A stretch of 64,000 nucleotides of DNA from Xylographa opegraphella. Its lineage: Eukaryota. The translations under genes were made by a program, and so were the position numbers. Below the pieces are notes generated by a model, which ran no database searches, was not told the origin of the DNA, and saw only the letters and a program-made list of their open reading frames with translations. This document shows, piece after piece, positions 22,953 to 35,700 of the stretch. Within the stretch, counting starts at the first letter, position 1. Each line of letters starts with the position of its first letter. The stretch is taken from positions 1-64,000 of the forward strand of contig JALDZX010000077.1 of NCBI GenBank assembly GCA_022813865.1. Direction: 5' to 3'.

Positions 22953-24039
22953 ATGATCCCCCTCACGACCCTCCACCTCGCCCACCTGCCCCCCGACCTC
23001 GCCGTCCACATCGCCTTCTGCCGCGAGCTGCAGAACGCAGCCTTCCTGCGGCAGCAGCTGCTGGCGGGCAACATGGACTTCGAGTACGCATTGCTGGACG
23101 CTAGCTCGGTGGGTGGTTCCTTTTTTTTCCTTTTTTTTCCTTTTTTTTCCTTTTTTTTGCTTGCTTGCTGTTTGGGTTATCTTTGCTGCGAGAGGCTTTT
23201 ATTGGTGTTGGTTTCGGTCGTTGGTGGGGTTGCCTGCTTCCCCCGTTGGGCATCGATGACCGCCCCCGGGAGTGACCATCCCGGAGGAGTGTAGGCGCCA
23301 CTCGGGGGCGTGGTTGGAAGCCAGCGGCCTCCCCCTCCCCCAGGGTAGTCCGCGAGCTTACCATCTCCATCGCACTTTCGCTCGCCTGCCAAACCGTGGC
23401 CTCCTCACTTATCCCACCCCGCCTCCCCGCGCACAAAACATCCAATCTCCACCATCCACCCCACCCCCGCACCGCTAACCACCGGCCCCCCCCCTCTTCC
23501 GCCTCTTAGATCCTCTCCCCCACCCACCTCCACGCCGCCATCTTCCGCGCCGCCCTCGACGCCACCGCCGGGCGTCTCAAATCGCACAACGTCCACGCCG
23601 AGACCGTCTTCGCGCTGAGCGCCAACAATAACGTACAATCCCCCTCCCCGTTTGCACACCCTTCAACTAAGCCCCCTCCCCGACAAAACAGATCGCCGAC
23701 TCATTCCGCAAATTCGGCCTGACGGCCCACACCACCGACCTGGTGATCGTGAAGTTGACCCCGGCCAGCGAGGCCGGTTCGGTGGCCGAGCGCGCGAGCG
23801 CCGCTGCCGTGGCGGCCCATCTGGAGGCGCATGTGCAGGGCAGGTGGGAGCCGTTTTGGGAGGAGAGCTGTGTGGCCGTGGCAGACGTGGGGCGGATACG
23901 GGGGGCGTATAAGCTGGGGGCGGGGAAGAAGGGTGCTGGTGGGAGTGGGAGGGGGATGGGGAGTGGGAGTCAGGGGGATGAGCGGGCGGAGCTGGAGGTC
24001 CAGATCCTGGGGCTGATGGCGTTGCGGGGCGCTGCGTAG
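22953..24039 (+). CDS. CGI121: KEOPS/EKC complex subunit Cgi121 (TPRKB); 3 exons, unusually long intron 1
   Basis: Introns 23109-23509 (401 nt; GTGGGT..GCTAAC..TAG) and 23633-23691. Spliced: [39 protein letters not shown]...[29 protein letters not shown]...RIRGAYKL...[13 protein letters not shown]. Confidence 0.92.
23121..23160 (+). repeat. (T8CC)n pyrimidine minisatellite at the 5' end of CGI121 intron 1
   Basis: ttttttttcc x3 followed by ttttttttgc. Confidence 0.9.
23241..23399 (+). ncRNA. Candidate intronic structured RNA with type I hammerhead-like topology and variant core
   Basis: Hand-folded. Stem I 23245-23252/23387-23394, core UCGAUGA 23253-23259, stem II 23261-23268/23303-23310, GAA 23317-23319, stem III 23320-23327/23378-23385. 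Confidence 0.5.
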
Positions 24040-24396
24040 CGCGAACGATGGTGGGGGCGGGAATAGATACGTAGCACGGGCGAGGCGCGCCAACGACGGA
24101 CGGACGGACATGGCAACAAGAACTGTGAGAAATCTTCTTTCAAACTGTCCAGAAAAGGCTATCGTACAATTCTAACGCCAGCTCATGCGGCTGCTAGATC
24201 CCCCCCGTCTATAGTCCGCAAGGTAATGTCAAAAATAACCCCGTCATCATGCCGCCAGCGAGTGTCTATTTTTGGGAGTCGTGTAAATGATCGCCGTAGA
24301 TGGCCGTACTGTACAGGGAACAGATCGAAACTTTTGAGAAGATAACGCCGAGGATGCAGCGGGTTATGCTTTTGGGTGTCGATTGTGTAGGGGGAG

Positions 24397-27300
24397 TTAG
24401 TGAGAGAGCCTAGCCATTCGTTTGGACATGCTGGGATTCTTTGTTAGTTTTGCACATCACCGGATATCTCTGAGAAAAGACTTACAAGTCGAAGAACGCA
24501 AACTGGCTTGGATTGCTTCCGTGCTCGTACACGAAGCGACTTGCCAGGAAGCTTCCAAAGATGGCGCGGAGGTAATTTTCGGGGACCTTCAGAATTGTTA
24601 GCGAGGACTGCATGTGAAGACGAAATCACTTCCAGCAGTGACGTACTCGTCCCATGATCAAATCCAATCCAATCTTGTCCAAAAGAAGTTTCGGTAAAGC
24701 GTCTTGCAATACAGACCTCCTCAACTCAATGTTCTTCCACAGCTCAGTGTTCTGCAATTCCTCATCCAACTTGGTAATTGCGATACTCAATGTGTCGCTG
24801 AGTGTGCTGCGAGCAATACCCGTTTGCTGGTGCTCTCGCCAGATAGCTTCGAACTCCAGAGCCGCATTATTCTTGATGGTTTCTTGGACTTCCTTTACGT
24901 ACGAGTTGTAGAATGGTGGCACGGTTCCATCGTCGTGAATGCACATATTTTCCATGAAGCCAGCGTCGTCAAACGAAAGCGAGGCTAGAACTTCCAGAGA
25001 TGAGGAAGTAACACCGCCTTTGTTCGCAGACGCATCTTTGTAGAGGATACAGCCAGCCTTCTCAAGACGAAGCTTGGCATCCTGCGTTATAAAAAGATTG
25101 GCCCCCTCAACGATATATGGTATTGTACTCTTCCCATCAACGATGAGCTTCTGCACTGTAGCAAGATCAATAGACTCGGGACGCCCGCCACAGGGTACGA
25201 ACAAATCGAATTGTTTGTCACCCCGAAGATGGAAAGTGTTTCGGAAAATAGTACCGTTATTGACCACTTCGCCGCTCGGAAGTGTGATGTTTGACTCGTC
25301 GATAAGCACTCTATAACCATCTGGGGAAAGCTTTTTGATGTCGAACTCGGAGATCATAGCACGCTTCTTCGCGAGACGAACAAGTTCGTCGCGGTCAAGA
25401 CCGTTAGGATCCACAATCACACCAGAGCCATCAACGATGCCAGAGTACTTCTCGTTTCCAAGGAGTATCTCATTTGAACCAAGGTCTCCATCTGGGCCAC
25501 CAGTCTGAAGCTTTCGGACTGAATCCGGATTGAGATTGAGCTTCCGGTAGATTCCGAGTATGTATTCACGAACAGACAGTGTGGTCATGCCATAGGCGTC
25601 ATGAGGTATACCACCAAGCTTCGGGCTCTTGCCTGTGAAGAATGACTTCCACCATGGTGCACCCCTCTTCCGCGCATGTTCGGTAGCCCAATTGACCAGA
25701 TCTGCCGTGTTTTCATCCGGTCCCATGAAAAGAATTTCTTCTTGTCCATGAAGATCGACGATCGGATCCTTGATGCCAGGACTAGTTGGTGGTAGTAAAA
25801 GATCCATGATGCTGTCAATATATTTCTCGAATGCCACCCTTGCCTTATCTTGGTGGTGGTGATCAAGCAGGATGACACCCTTCGACCCTCCTTCAGGAAT
25901 GTCTTTGTTCTTCCTCTGTTGTGTATTGGCAAGATTATAATTCTCGTCAAAAAGCGACCGAGCATTGATCGAATATGCTTCCCGGTTCCGCGACTTGACG
26001 ATACGTATTCCACCCCTAGCTATATCGCGGAAGCGAAGATGAAAACCACGGAACTCCGAGCTAATGACCAGGAACATGCCGAACAATGGTTGGGGATATT
26101 CAACCTCTGGAAGAAAATTAGGGTTGAGACGGAAGCTTAATGCAACTTTTGTAGGAGTATAGAAATTAGTCTTCAGGACGCCAGCGTTAAAGACACGGAA
26201 CGCAGTCATGACCATCTCATCGTGCTCATTTGCGACCGTTTTGGCGATCAGGGTTTTGAGCTCGCTGTCATCAAGGACCTTGTCGACCTTCAGACGAAGG
26301 TAGCTTAGCGTTGGGATGAAATCGTCCTGCTCGCCCCTTGTTTGAACGTAATGAGTATTGGCGAAGGCGAGGTAAAGTGAGCGAATCAGATCAGGATGCT
26401 TGTTGATGATTTCAAGGATATACTCTGACGTGAAAGTCTCTGTGCGGAGACGGCGCTTGATCTTGGAAAGCATCTCAGCATGGACGCTGTTGTTCGGATC
26501 AAGAATCGAGGCAAGCGAAGCATATTCTGAGCCAAGTCGGTTCAAGAAATGCCCGACAAACACCCAAACGCAGTGGGCATAGATGGTTTCCTGGAGACTC
26601 AATCGTCCACTTGCAAAATGGCCTTGAAACTTGTTCTGCGGGATGCAATACAGCAGCGATACCTCTTTCATGATTTGGTGGATTGAGGCCTCGATAGGCG
26701 GGTGCTTCGCATTCGATGCAGAATGCGGTAGAGGTCGGAGATAGATCGACATGATGGTGATACCATTCGAAAACTGCTCCACGTACTTCCTCGAGCTTGT
26801 GACACCATAGTAGTGGTACAGATCCGAAAGCGCACTGAACAGGCCCATCGCTGAGCCTTGCCTATAAGCAATCACCAGTCTCTTCTCTCTACTACCCTCA
26901 ATATCCACCATCTCAATGACAGGCCCGGTCCGACCAACAGCATGGTTCATCACACCTTGATATATGGCTTTCGTGTTTTGTGTTGCTTTTTGGAGGAAAC
27001 GCTTTTCGCCAATGATTTCCAGATCGGTTTCTTCTGGGCCCGGGTTTGGGTTCGCAAAATGGCATTTGTAGACGAAGTAGCATCGGAGCTGTTGATCTTT
27101 GTCGCCCGGCAGATGACTGCCTGAGCGGAAAGTCTCCACACGATAGCTGTTCTTGCTTGTGGATCCGTCGATATACTTTTCATCGATCCGCTGTTCATAT
27201 CTTGGCCCATCTATCACGCTGACCCCTGGTCTGCTCGTGTCGATGTATACGGCATGATCAACAGCCTCCTTATCAAGGCGGATCTCTAGCCTCTTGTCAT

Positions 27301-27817
27301 CCCGAGCGTATGCAGCAACTTTGCCAGCGTAGAGGGAGAGGATATGATTGACAATAGCTTCCACCGTCTCGGTCTGAAAGTACATATCATCAATACCCAG
27401 CTCGTTGTAGAACCAATTGGTCTCGGACTCGACGAATTCGGGTGGAATGAATCCTTTCTCCTCAATCTGATCCATGACTGTCGAGACTATGTTAGCGGTG
27501 TGTGCCCTTGCATGCTAAATAACTTCGGACCATGGTCAATGGAACTCACCCTGGTCCATTTGCAACTCTTTGCCCTCAAACTTGGGGGCTACATAGCCCG
27601 GACCTTCCTCTTGCAAAATCCTGTGCTGGCTTGCTCCGGGCACATTCAAGTGCATTGGCTGAGGAGACGGTTGCCGGTCCGGGGTCCTGATCACTTGCTC
27701 CAGGAGCTTGTTGTGTACTCCATTCTGAGGCGATCTTTCCGGCAATTCCGAGCTGGGAAGGGACGTGTGTGGAGGAAGATTGATCTCGGCGTAGCCGTTG
27801 GCTTCCGGCTCCGGCAT
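24397..27817 (-). CDS. GDH2: NAD-specific glutamate dehydrogenase; 4 exons
   Basis: ATG at 27817. Introns 27478-27549, 24587-24646 and 24431-24485. Motifs RQPSPQP, GFHLRFRDIARGGIR, KNKDIPEGGSKG, GPDENTA, GGPDGDLGSNE, VEGANLF, DASANKGGVTSSS, and the end FAFFDFMSKRMARLSH*. Confidence 0.97.
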
Positions 27818-29127
27818 GGTGATGATCTGTGGGAGACGGTGTAACTTGTAGAACGAAGCAAGTGGGATGGCTTTCAAGGGAGGGCAAAAGGCGCAACTCG
27901 TCGTCAGGCCTCGTGATGATGGTCTGAGGTCGATGTCCTGCGGCGGAAGATGGTCTGTTATAATCTTGGCCGCTGCAAAGTTCCGTCGGTCACATCCCGA
28001 GCGCGAGGTGGCATTGTATAGGTGGAAAGAGTCCACCTGGCCGTCCGACTCGCGCGCCGCTCTGTTGAGGTCAGGTACCATTGTGCAATTTTCAGGGACG
28101 GCGCGCCCCTCCGTCGATGCCGTCACGGTCACCTGTCACCGATAAGACTTCCCCCGGGCCCGTTGTTAAGCGATCCCCCTAACGGCCTAGATTCCACCCC
28201 TAAATGGTCTGAAAATAGATCGTTCAGCGGGCGCCGAGGTCAAAAGTGTGACGGAGTGGAATGCGGAACGGAAAATGCAGCTTTATACAGAAACAAAGTC
28301 CATGTAGAGTGGGATGGGAAAGAGTTAGGAGTCGTGTCACGGCCCGCCGTCCGTGTCCCTCGTGTTCTCAGTCGAATGCGTATGCGAAAGGGCGACCCAG
28401 GTGGCGATTTGGTCCGTGGGCGGAACACGACCTGATCGCACATTTTATAGTGGAGTCGCAAATACTACGTTGAATTCTTCACGAGCTCTACACGGAATGG
28501 CGCTCGTCCCCTTGTTTGAGGCACTGAGTGAATTTTTCCTCTCGATCCAACATCCTAGCAACGTGGATGGGGGCCGGCTCACAGGTTTCACGAGCCTTCA
28601 ATTTCGCCACGTTCACTCGCGTGCCTGTTAAATAGAGGCTGAAACACGCGCCAATGAATTACGGAGATCTGAGAGGCTTTGCGCATACTTTTCTCGACGG
28701 CCATATCTCAAGCGACATTCTCTACCCACTTCTTATCCCCGCGAGGGAAATTCTTCAATCGTTGCAAGCGTCGTTGTGGGCGCCGCTTCCGGTTCGAATG
28801 TATCTGTGCCATCGACAGGCCCATGGACTGCAGGCAGCCATGATTCCACCTCCTATACCTCGGCAAAATCTCGATCGTGCTGGATGGAGTCAACCTCTGT
28901 CCCCGCTCGTTGCAGTGGAGCTGTGAACCACTCGTGGTCCTGACTGACTTGGGCAACTAAGCTCGAGGCTGAGGAGCAGGGTGATACGACAACCGCTTTT
29001 ACCCCAGACCCGCAACCCCAGATTTTCTTCCCCATACTCCGACGTAATTGTATGCGCGCAAGTACTTCCGCTAGTGCATTCTGCACGCACAGAGCTTCTC
29101 TCCATGAGACGCTGGTCTAGGGGAGCT

Positions 29128-31228
29128 TCACTCTTCCCAGCTGTAATCCTCAAACCCAACGGTTTCCATCTTCTCAGCCTTCTCGTTTACGGTCCGGGTC
29201 TGATCCGCCAAGTAATGCTCGAGACGCCCTCGGATAGTCACGTCAAATGCCCCCAATATCCGCGCCGCAAGTTGTGCGGCGTTATTGGAATTGTTGATTG
29301 CCACGGTAGCAACTGGGCAGCCACGCTAGAAACCGTTAGCCCTCGCATACGGATGAACATGATGTGGGAATTTGAACGCATACAGGCATCTGAACAATAC
29401 TCAGGAGGCTATCCTGTCCATCAAGCACACTACCTCTCACTGGCACCCCAATGACAGGAAGAGACGTCAGGGCTGCTACCATTCCGGGCAGATGAGCAGC
29501 TCCACCAGCCGCGGCGATAATCACTTTGATCCCCTTTGACGCTGCACCTTGAGCAAACTTTACCATCCGTTCCGGGGTACGATGCGCTGAAGTGATTGTG
29601 ACGGTGTAAGGGATATCAAGCTGCTTCAGGAGCTCGACTGCCGGCTTGAGGACGAAACGATCCGAATCTGAACCCATGGTGATCGCCACGAGGGGAGTTT
29701 TTGTAGCGTCGGATCGGAGCAGAGTCCCTGAAGCAGCATCTTTGGAAAGAGATGGCTGAGCCGTGGAACCGAGATGCAGAGTCCCGGTGGATCTAGAATC
29801 GTTCATGTTCTCGGGGCTCGCGAGTGATGAATCAAGATGCTGGGAATTGAAGGCCCCTTGTAGAGGACCATCTCCAGTGTGGTTCTCAGACAAATGTATG
29901 TTTTGCTTCGATGGGGTCGTGGTTCGAGCACTTGACTTGGGTGGTGTTTTTTGGTAGCGTTCCGCCCGGATCTGATCGACTAATCTAACCAATGGCTCAA
30001 TTTGGCGTTCAGCCTCTTCCATTGAGCTAGCGAGGACTGTGACATGGCCCATTTTACGGCCTGGACGAGCATTACCCTTGCCGTACATGTGTAGGTTTAC
30101 TCCAAGCTTTACTGCCTCGAGGGTGACGCTTGAATGCGTATCAGGCTTTGCACCCCCAAGTATGTTCAGCATGATCGCATTAGTGTCGTGAGTGTGAAAG
30201 CGGACTTGCCCCACGGGTATAGGCAAGCCAAGAACAGCTTTGATGTGAGCATCATATTGCGATATCGGACAGGCCTCGATAGTATAGTGCCCAGAATTAT
30301 GAGGCCGGGGTGCGATCTCATTGATCAAGATATCACCTAAATCATGAGTGGATGCGGGAAATGGGTACATCAGGTTTTACTTACCGCCCTCGAGGAGAAA
30401 CATTTCCACACCAAAGACTCCTTTGCCCCATAATCCCGCAACAGCGCGTCGAGCAAGGTCTTGCGCTTTCCGCATGACTGCTTCTGGAACATTTCTCGCA
30501 GGGGCATATACGAGCTTGCAAATGCTATCTTCATGGACGGTCTCAACGACGGGGTATGCCAAAGTGGACTCTTGCCATTCACGATCCATATGATCATCCT
30601 TTGTCTTGATTACCATCACAGCGAGCTCCATCTTGAAATGGGCCCATTGCTCGGCATATAGCGGCCGGTCTCCAAGCGCAGCCAATGCCTTCTCAATGTC
30701 TTTGGGAGACGTCATTGGATAATTACCACGTCCATCGTAGGCGTCAGTCCTCGACTTGAGCATTAGAGGATACCCAAGCTCTTCGCCGATTTCGACAAGC
30801 TCCTCGAGCGTTCCATTTTCAAGAGCTACGGATTTGGCAGTCGCAATACCATGGCTAATAAGATGTTCTTTCTGCTTGTACTTGTCCTGAATGACTCTTA
30901 TAGTACGCCAACTTGGCTGAACCTCGATCTTAGTACTTCTGATCAATCTCCAGTCCTCTGTAGTTTCCGTGCCGTCGGCAAGATCTTCCAGGACGTCGGT
31001 GTCTACATGCTCGATCTCGACTGTGAGAACGTCACATTTCCGAGCAAGCTCTCGGATAGCTTGAGGATCAGTGAAAGAACCATTGACATGGTCTGCGTGT
31101 GCATTGATCTGCTTCGCTGGAGCCCCTTCGACATCTAAAGTTGCTACCTTCACACCAAGTCTGTTAGCAGCCTCTGTGAGCATACGCCCAAGCTGGCCGC
31201 CCCCAAGAACGCCCAAGGTCTTGTCCAT
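29128..31228 (-). CDS. ADE2: Phosphoribosylaminoimidazole carboxylase (PurK-PurE fusion); 3 exons
   Basis: ATG at 31228 (MDKTLGVLGGGQLGRM). Introns 30337-30384 and 29326-29383. Motifs AYDGRGN, NEIAPRPHNSGHYTI, GRKMGH, MGSDSD, SAHRTP, AGGAAHLPGM and SIVQMP-RGCPVATV. Confidence 0.97.
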
Positions 31229-32760
31229 TGTAAAAGCTTCTATTTGAATATAATTTTTACAACAAGAGAGATAGAGCGTGTAGACAGCTGGCCTATTTGA
31301 TGCCGCACCAGAACAAAAACAACTAGCGAACTTGACAGTCACTAAAGCCAGCAATGCTGAATGATTCCCAGGCGTAGAATCTCTCAGCGGATGTACTTGC
31401 CGCTCTAGCTCACGGTAAGGTATGAAAAATTGCAATATTTATGGAGAGAGAGCATTGTGAGGAAATGCACTAGACTAGTACTAATTGGATTTAGCTTATA
31501 ATATGTCCAGGAGTATCCCTAAAATGCAGCTCAAAATTAAAACTACTCCGACCTCACCCCAGTTCGTTGTCGGGTTTTCTTCGAGCTAGTTATGTGATGG
31601 AAAGCCTCTATGAATCGTGTGGCGGCGTGAGGTGGAGTGACCAGAGGAGTAATCAGTGCACCAGATGTCTCTAGGAGAAATTAGACGAACGATTCAGCTT
31701 CGTCTTAACCTTTGCATCACCTTGCTAAAGATGATGGAAGAAATCCTTTATTCGATGTTGTTAGTGGGTTCCACTCAGCCAGGCTCTCCAGGCTCTTCAC
31801 TTGCGGTGCACTCAATCAATGGGCTGCTCAGGTCTTATTATTGTCTCAGCCAGCCGCTTGCCATGAACAAGTGGCGTCAGGAGCTGATTAAACATACTTC
31901 AGTGCGTGGAGCCAGATGCCAATTCTGCGAAGGTCGAGAACCACAGAAGCAAGTATTGGATGAGGACAGCCTGGAGACAAGGCTGGTCAGTTCGGCACCT
32001 GAGTTCCCGGTACGGTTCGTCGTCAAGCAGTTTCTTTGGAAAGACCAGCGTTGCATGCCTCTTCCGTGGTCTAATTAGCAAGAGAGAGGCGCGATACTTC
32101 CGGTGTTATGCTTTCGGCTCTGTATCTGTACGGAGTGTATCTATTTTGGGTGCTATGTATAATGCGAACTCATGATTTGGAGAACCAGAACTTGCCGAGT
32201 AGCTTTTATGACCTTTAGAGTATTCAGAGCTTCAAAGCATTGAATACTTTAGAAGGAATGATGAGGTGAGGTCTGTGCTTGTCTCAGCTGTGCACAGGTT
32301 CCGACTAAATCGATCTTCCGGATGCGGTGGAGGTGGAGGCGACAGTATTGATGCCTCGGTACTCGAACCTATCAATAACCAAAATCAGCATTCGCTTTTT
32401 GGTGTACTCTTGCTTCCACCTCAACATGCCTAAAGAGGCAGCAAACTTTATCGCTCGAGAAATCCCTCTGCTCTGGCGCTTCGCCGATTCCGATAATGTA
32501 CGTGGCGCGAGACCGCCTTGCCAAACACGGAATGTCCTTGAGACAAGATATCCAGAGCGGAATTAGGCTCAAGGAGACTATGGAGCACAAAATTATGGGC
32601 TGTTTATGATATTTAATGGACCAAGGATTATCGTCGTAGCGCAGCAATAATCAGTCACAATGCAATATGTGTCTCAGCGAATTTAATCCCAACTCGGCGC
32701 CATCGATCTGTTGAAACACTTATGATTTCCAACCATCAGCTAAGTCTAGCGCTAACCCAC

Positions 32761-35700
32761 CTACACCAGTGTCGAGTCATCGAACAAATCCGCCATCAAG
32801 TCATCAAAGCAAGCTTTCCAATCCGGCGCCTCCATGCTGTACGTGCTCTCGAACGCATAAATGCTCAGCTGTCGAAAGAACGGCCGTAGCACCTTCTCCA
32901 TCATGTCCTCCTTCACCACCCCTTTGGTGACAATCGCTGTCAGCAGCGGTCTCCTCTTCTCTCCTTGCGGCGCATTCGTCAGTGAGGCATTGATGAAGTG
33001 CGAAGCTCCTGCCCCGGAGTCTAATTCCTCGGCCAACTCATCGACCATAGCTACGGATTTGGAGCCGGTGGATCGGTATACCGCCTCAGTGGTATCGGTG
33101 ATGAATAGCCATTCTTGCATCTGGAAGTCGTCGAGACCGAGGGTGAGAAGAGTATCGAGGAGTTTGCAGGCTTGTAGGAGACTGGTGATGTTGGGAGCTT
33201 CTGTTGTCGGGTCAGGAAAGACGGAGGATATCACTTCATAAAGCTCAGAATTGATGGTGGGCCACATGGGAGCTAGGTGGTGTGCAGAAATTTTAAGTAG
33301 AAGGGCGCGAATGAGCATATATATCTCAGCACGGGTGGTGGATGATGGGGAAGATGCCGCCGTGGTGTTAAGCAGGTCGACCAATTTTTCCTGAAGAGCA
33401 GTCATGTTAACGACAAACGTATCGTTGGCAGCAGACAGAATCACAAAGGCGATCCTTCGTAGATTTAGTTGCGCTTTGCGGTCTGCGTCAAGACGAGCTG
33501 AATTAGCGCCGACCCCGAACATGATACCCGCAGAAGTCGGAGTAGTCAATCTTGCGAGAAGTTCGGGCATGCGCTCTTTGTCGGCAAAGGCCCATTGCCG
33601 TATGATCGGGAGCCAGCCATGTTGAGCCAGGCTTAAGGATGTAGAGAAGAACTTTGTATCATTGAAAGCTTCTGATACATCCTTCTTCCAGGCCTTCGCC
33701 GCTTCAGGGATATTCGATAATAGAATCATGAGATCCAACATACGCTGAGAGATGTTTTCGGGAAAGGTTCGGGAACGGAAGGTTGGCCCAATGACTTGAG
33801 TCGAGACTGTCAGACACGTAGAAACTATTCGATCGGCATCTACAAGGACTTTTGACAAGTTGGGAATTATAACAGCAAGCACGCTTACAAGGCTGTCAGA
33901 CCCAGTTGAGTTTCTGTTTTCGAGTGATGCTCTTATGCTGACAGCATCTGTATTGAATTTGTCTTGGTTGCTGGTAGGTGAGCTTTCGAGGGAAAAGCCA
34001 ATCGGTCGTATCGTCAGGGTCGCTGTCAGGAGGCGTACGAAGAGATCCTGGATGGTCAGTTCAGGAGTTGTTAAGACCGGGCAATGCTGACTCACTCCTA
34101 ATTCCCTTCGCATCTTACGCTGTTCACCAAAGTTTGTATTGTCAACTTTCTCACCAAGAACAGCAGTGAATTCAAGTAACTTTGGCAGTGTTTGTCTGTG
34201 CGGCATAGGATTGGCTAATACGTCTTTCAAGAATGTCATGCAGTCATTCCATATCTCATCCATCGCGTCGTCATCAAGCGATTTTGCATAGGCTACAAGA
34301 AAGGTTGCTAGGGATGTATCTGCAAGATTTGAGGTCAAAGTAGACTTGCGGACAGGATCAAGCGCGCTTGGGTTTGTTCTGCTATAGATAGCATTGAAGA
34401 TCGCCGGAATTGCATTTTTCGGTCTCGAGCCCTCAAGAACATGCAGTAAATCAAATATGGTCGCTGAACGTACAGTCTTGACTTCTTTCGTCAACGAAAG
34501 CCATAATTCGATTAGTGTTTCCAAGCATTCCAAGGCTTCTGCAGCAAAGAGGTGCTCGAATATCCTTCGTGTTCGGTTCCTGAGCCGGAGAATGGTGTAA
34601 TTGAATGACGCTGAGGCTGCACTGTCTTGTAGGGGGCTGTTAGTACCATAGTCGCCCCACGACCATATAGTGAAACAGACACGAACTGCATCTTTAAAGC
34701 ATAGCAGCACTGTCAGTCTATTGTTTGCTGTTGTTGATCTTGCTCTGTTTGTTTCTGACGAAAAGACCCCAGAAACCATGGTACCGAAGAAGCTTTGCTG
34801 CTGCTGTTCCGGGCTTTTCACTGGGGTACTGCCTGATTCGTCAATTATCAAACGATCGTGTGCAGTCGCAAGGGATTGTTCAAGTCCATCAAGGAGAAGG
34901 CCCAGTGTGGGTTCGAAATTGTCCGTATCCTCTTCCTGCGGTTTGCCAAAGGTTGACTGAACATTCTTGAAAGCCGCACCCAAAGTGTTGCAGAAGCACT
35001 CCACCAAAGGTATCAAAATCTGGAATATGTTGTCACCGTACAGAGGTAAGCATGCGCCTAAAAATGTGATCCATCCATTAAGAACGGGTCTACTACTTCG
35101 TGAAGTGAGACCTAAAGTTAGACAGTGCAGTAGTTTTATCGGCATTACTGCTACTGCAGGTCGTGGAGTTCGCGGAATCTTGCGATCGTCTGCATCTGTG
35201 GATATCGAGAAACTTGTGGAGCCTTTTAGAGTATCTCTTGAAATGGGTCGATGGCGCTTCACCATCCCTGCATACTCCACACTGGAGAGCCGCAGTTTCA
35301 TTGCTAGTAGAATGATCTCCATCAATGGGATCTGAAGAGAATGCCGCGCAAGCTCGATAGAAGAGATGAGCTCATCAAGGAGAATTTCCTCGATCTGCAA
35401 CTCAACAAGCAAGGCGGATGATGGCCCTTCTAGGAAATTTTTGAGAAGTGATAGGACAGCTTGATTCAGTCTCATTTCAGCAGCATTATATATGTCGCTT
35501 CCCACAAGGCGGCGCTGGAGCAATTTCAAGCATACACGAGCCAGGATAATAGCATTACTAGAATGATCAAGATCGTGTCCTGTGCAGGCTTGTCAGCTTT
35601 TCCATAAAAGAAATAGCAAATTTTGAATTGTGAATGGGCCGAGTTATACCTTCACTCGCAGAAGTGGCAGACAGTGCTGGCCATGCATTATTCGGAGAAT

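Noticed and set aside
23109..23509. C/D or H/ACA snoRNA, TPP riboswitch, HDV-like ribozyme or RNase P/MRP in the CGI121 intron
   Set aside because: No downstream CUGA D box, no H box between two hairpins, no TPP consensus, no consistent HDV P1/P3 pairing and no P4 motifs.
28770..28800. GGTTCGAAT as a tRNA T-loop/B box
   Set aside because: No T-stem closure, acceptor stem or cloverleaf around it.
31229..31435. N-terminal extension of ADE2 in the ORF track
   Set aside because: TTG-started AT-rich leader with no in-frame ATG; homology begins at MDKTLGVLGGGQLG.
31656..32650. Short ORFs between ADE2 and DOP1 as a gene
   Set aside because: No consistent frame, splice model or motif; could be relic sequence but unsupported.
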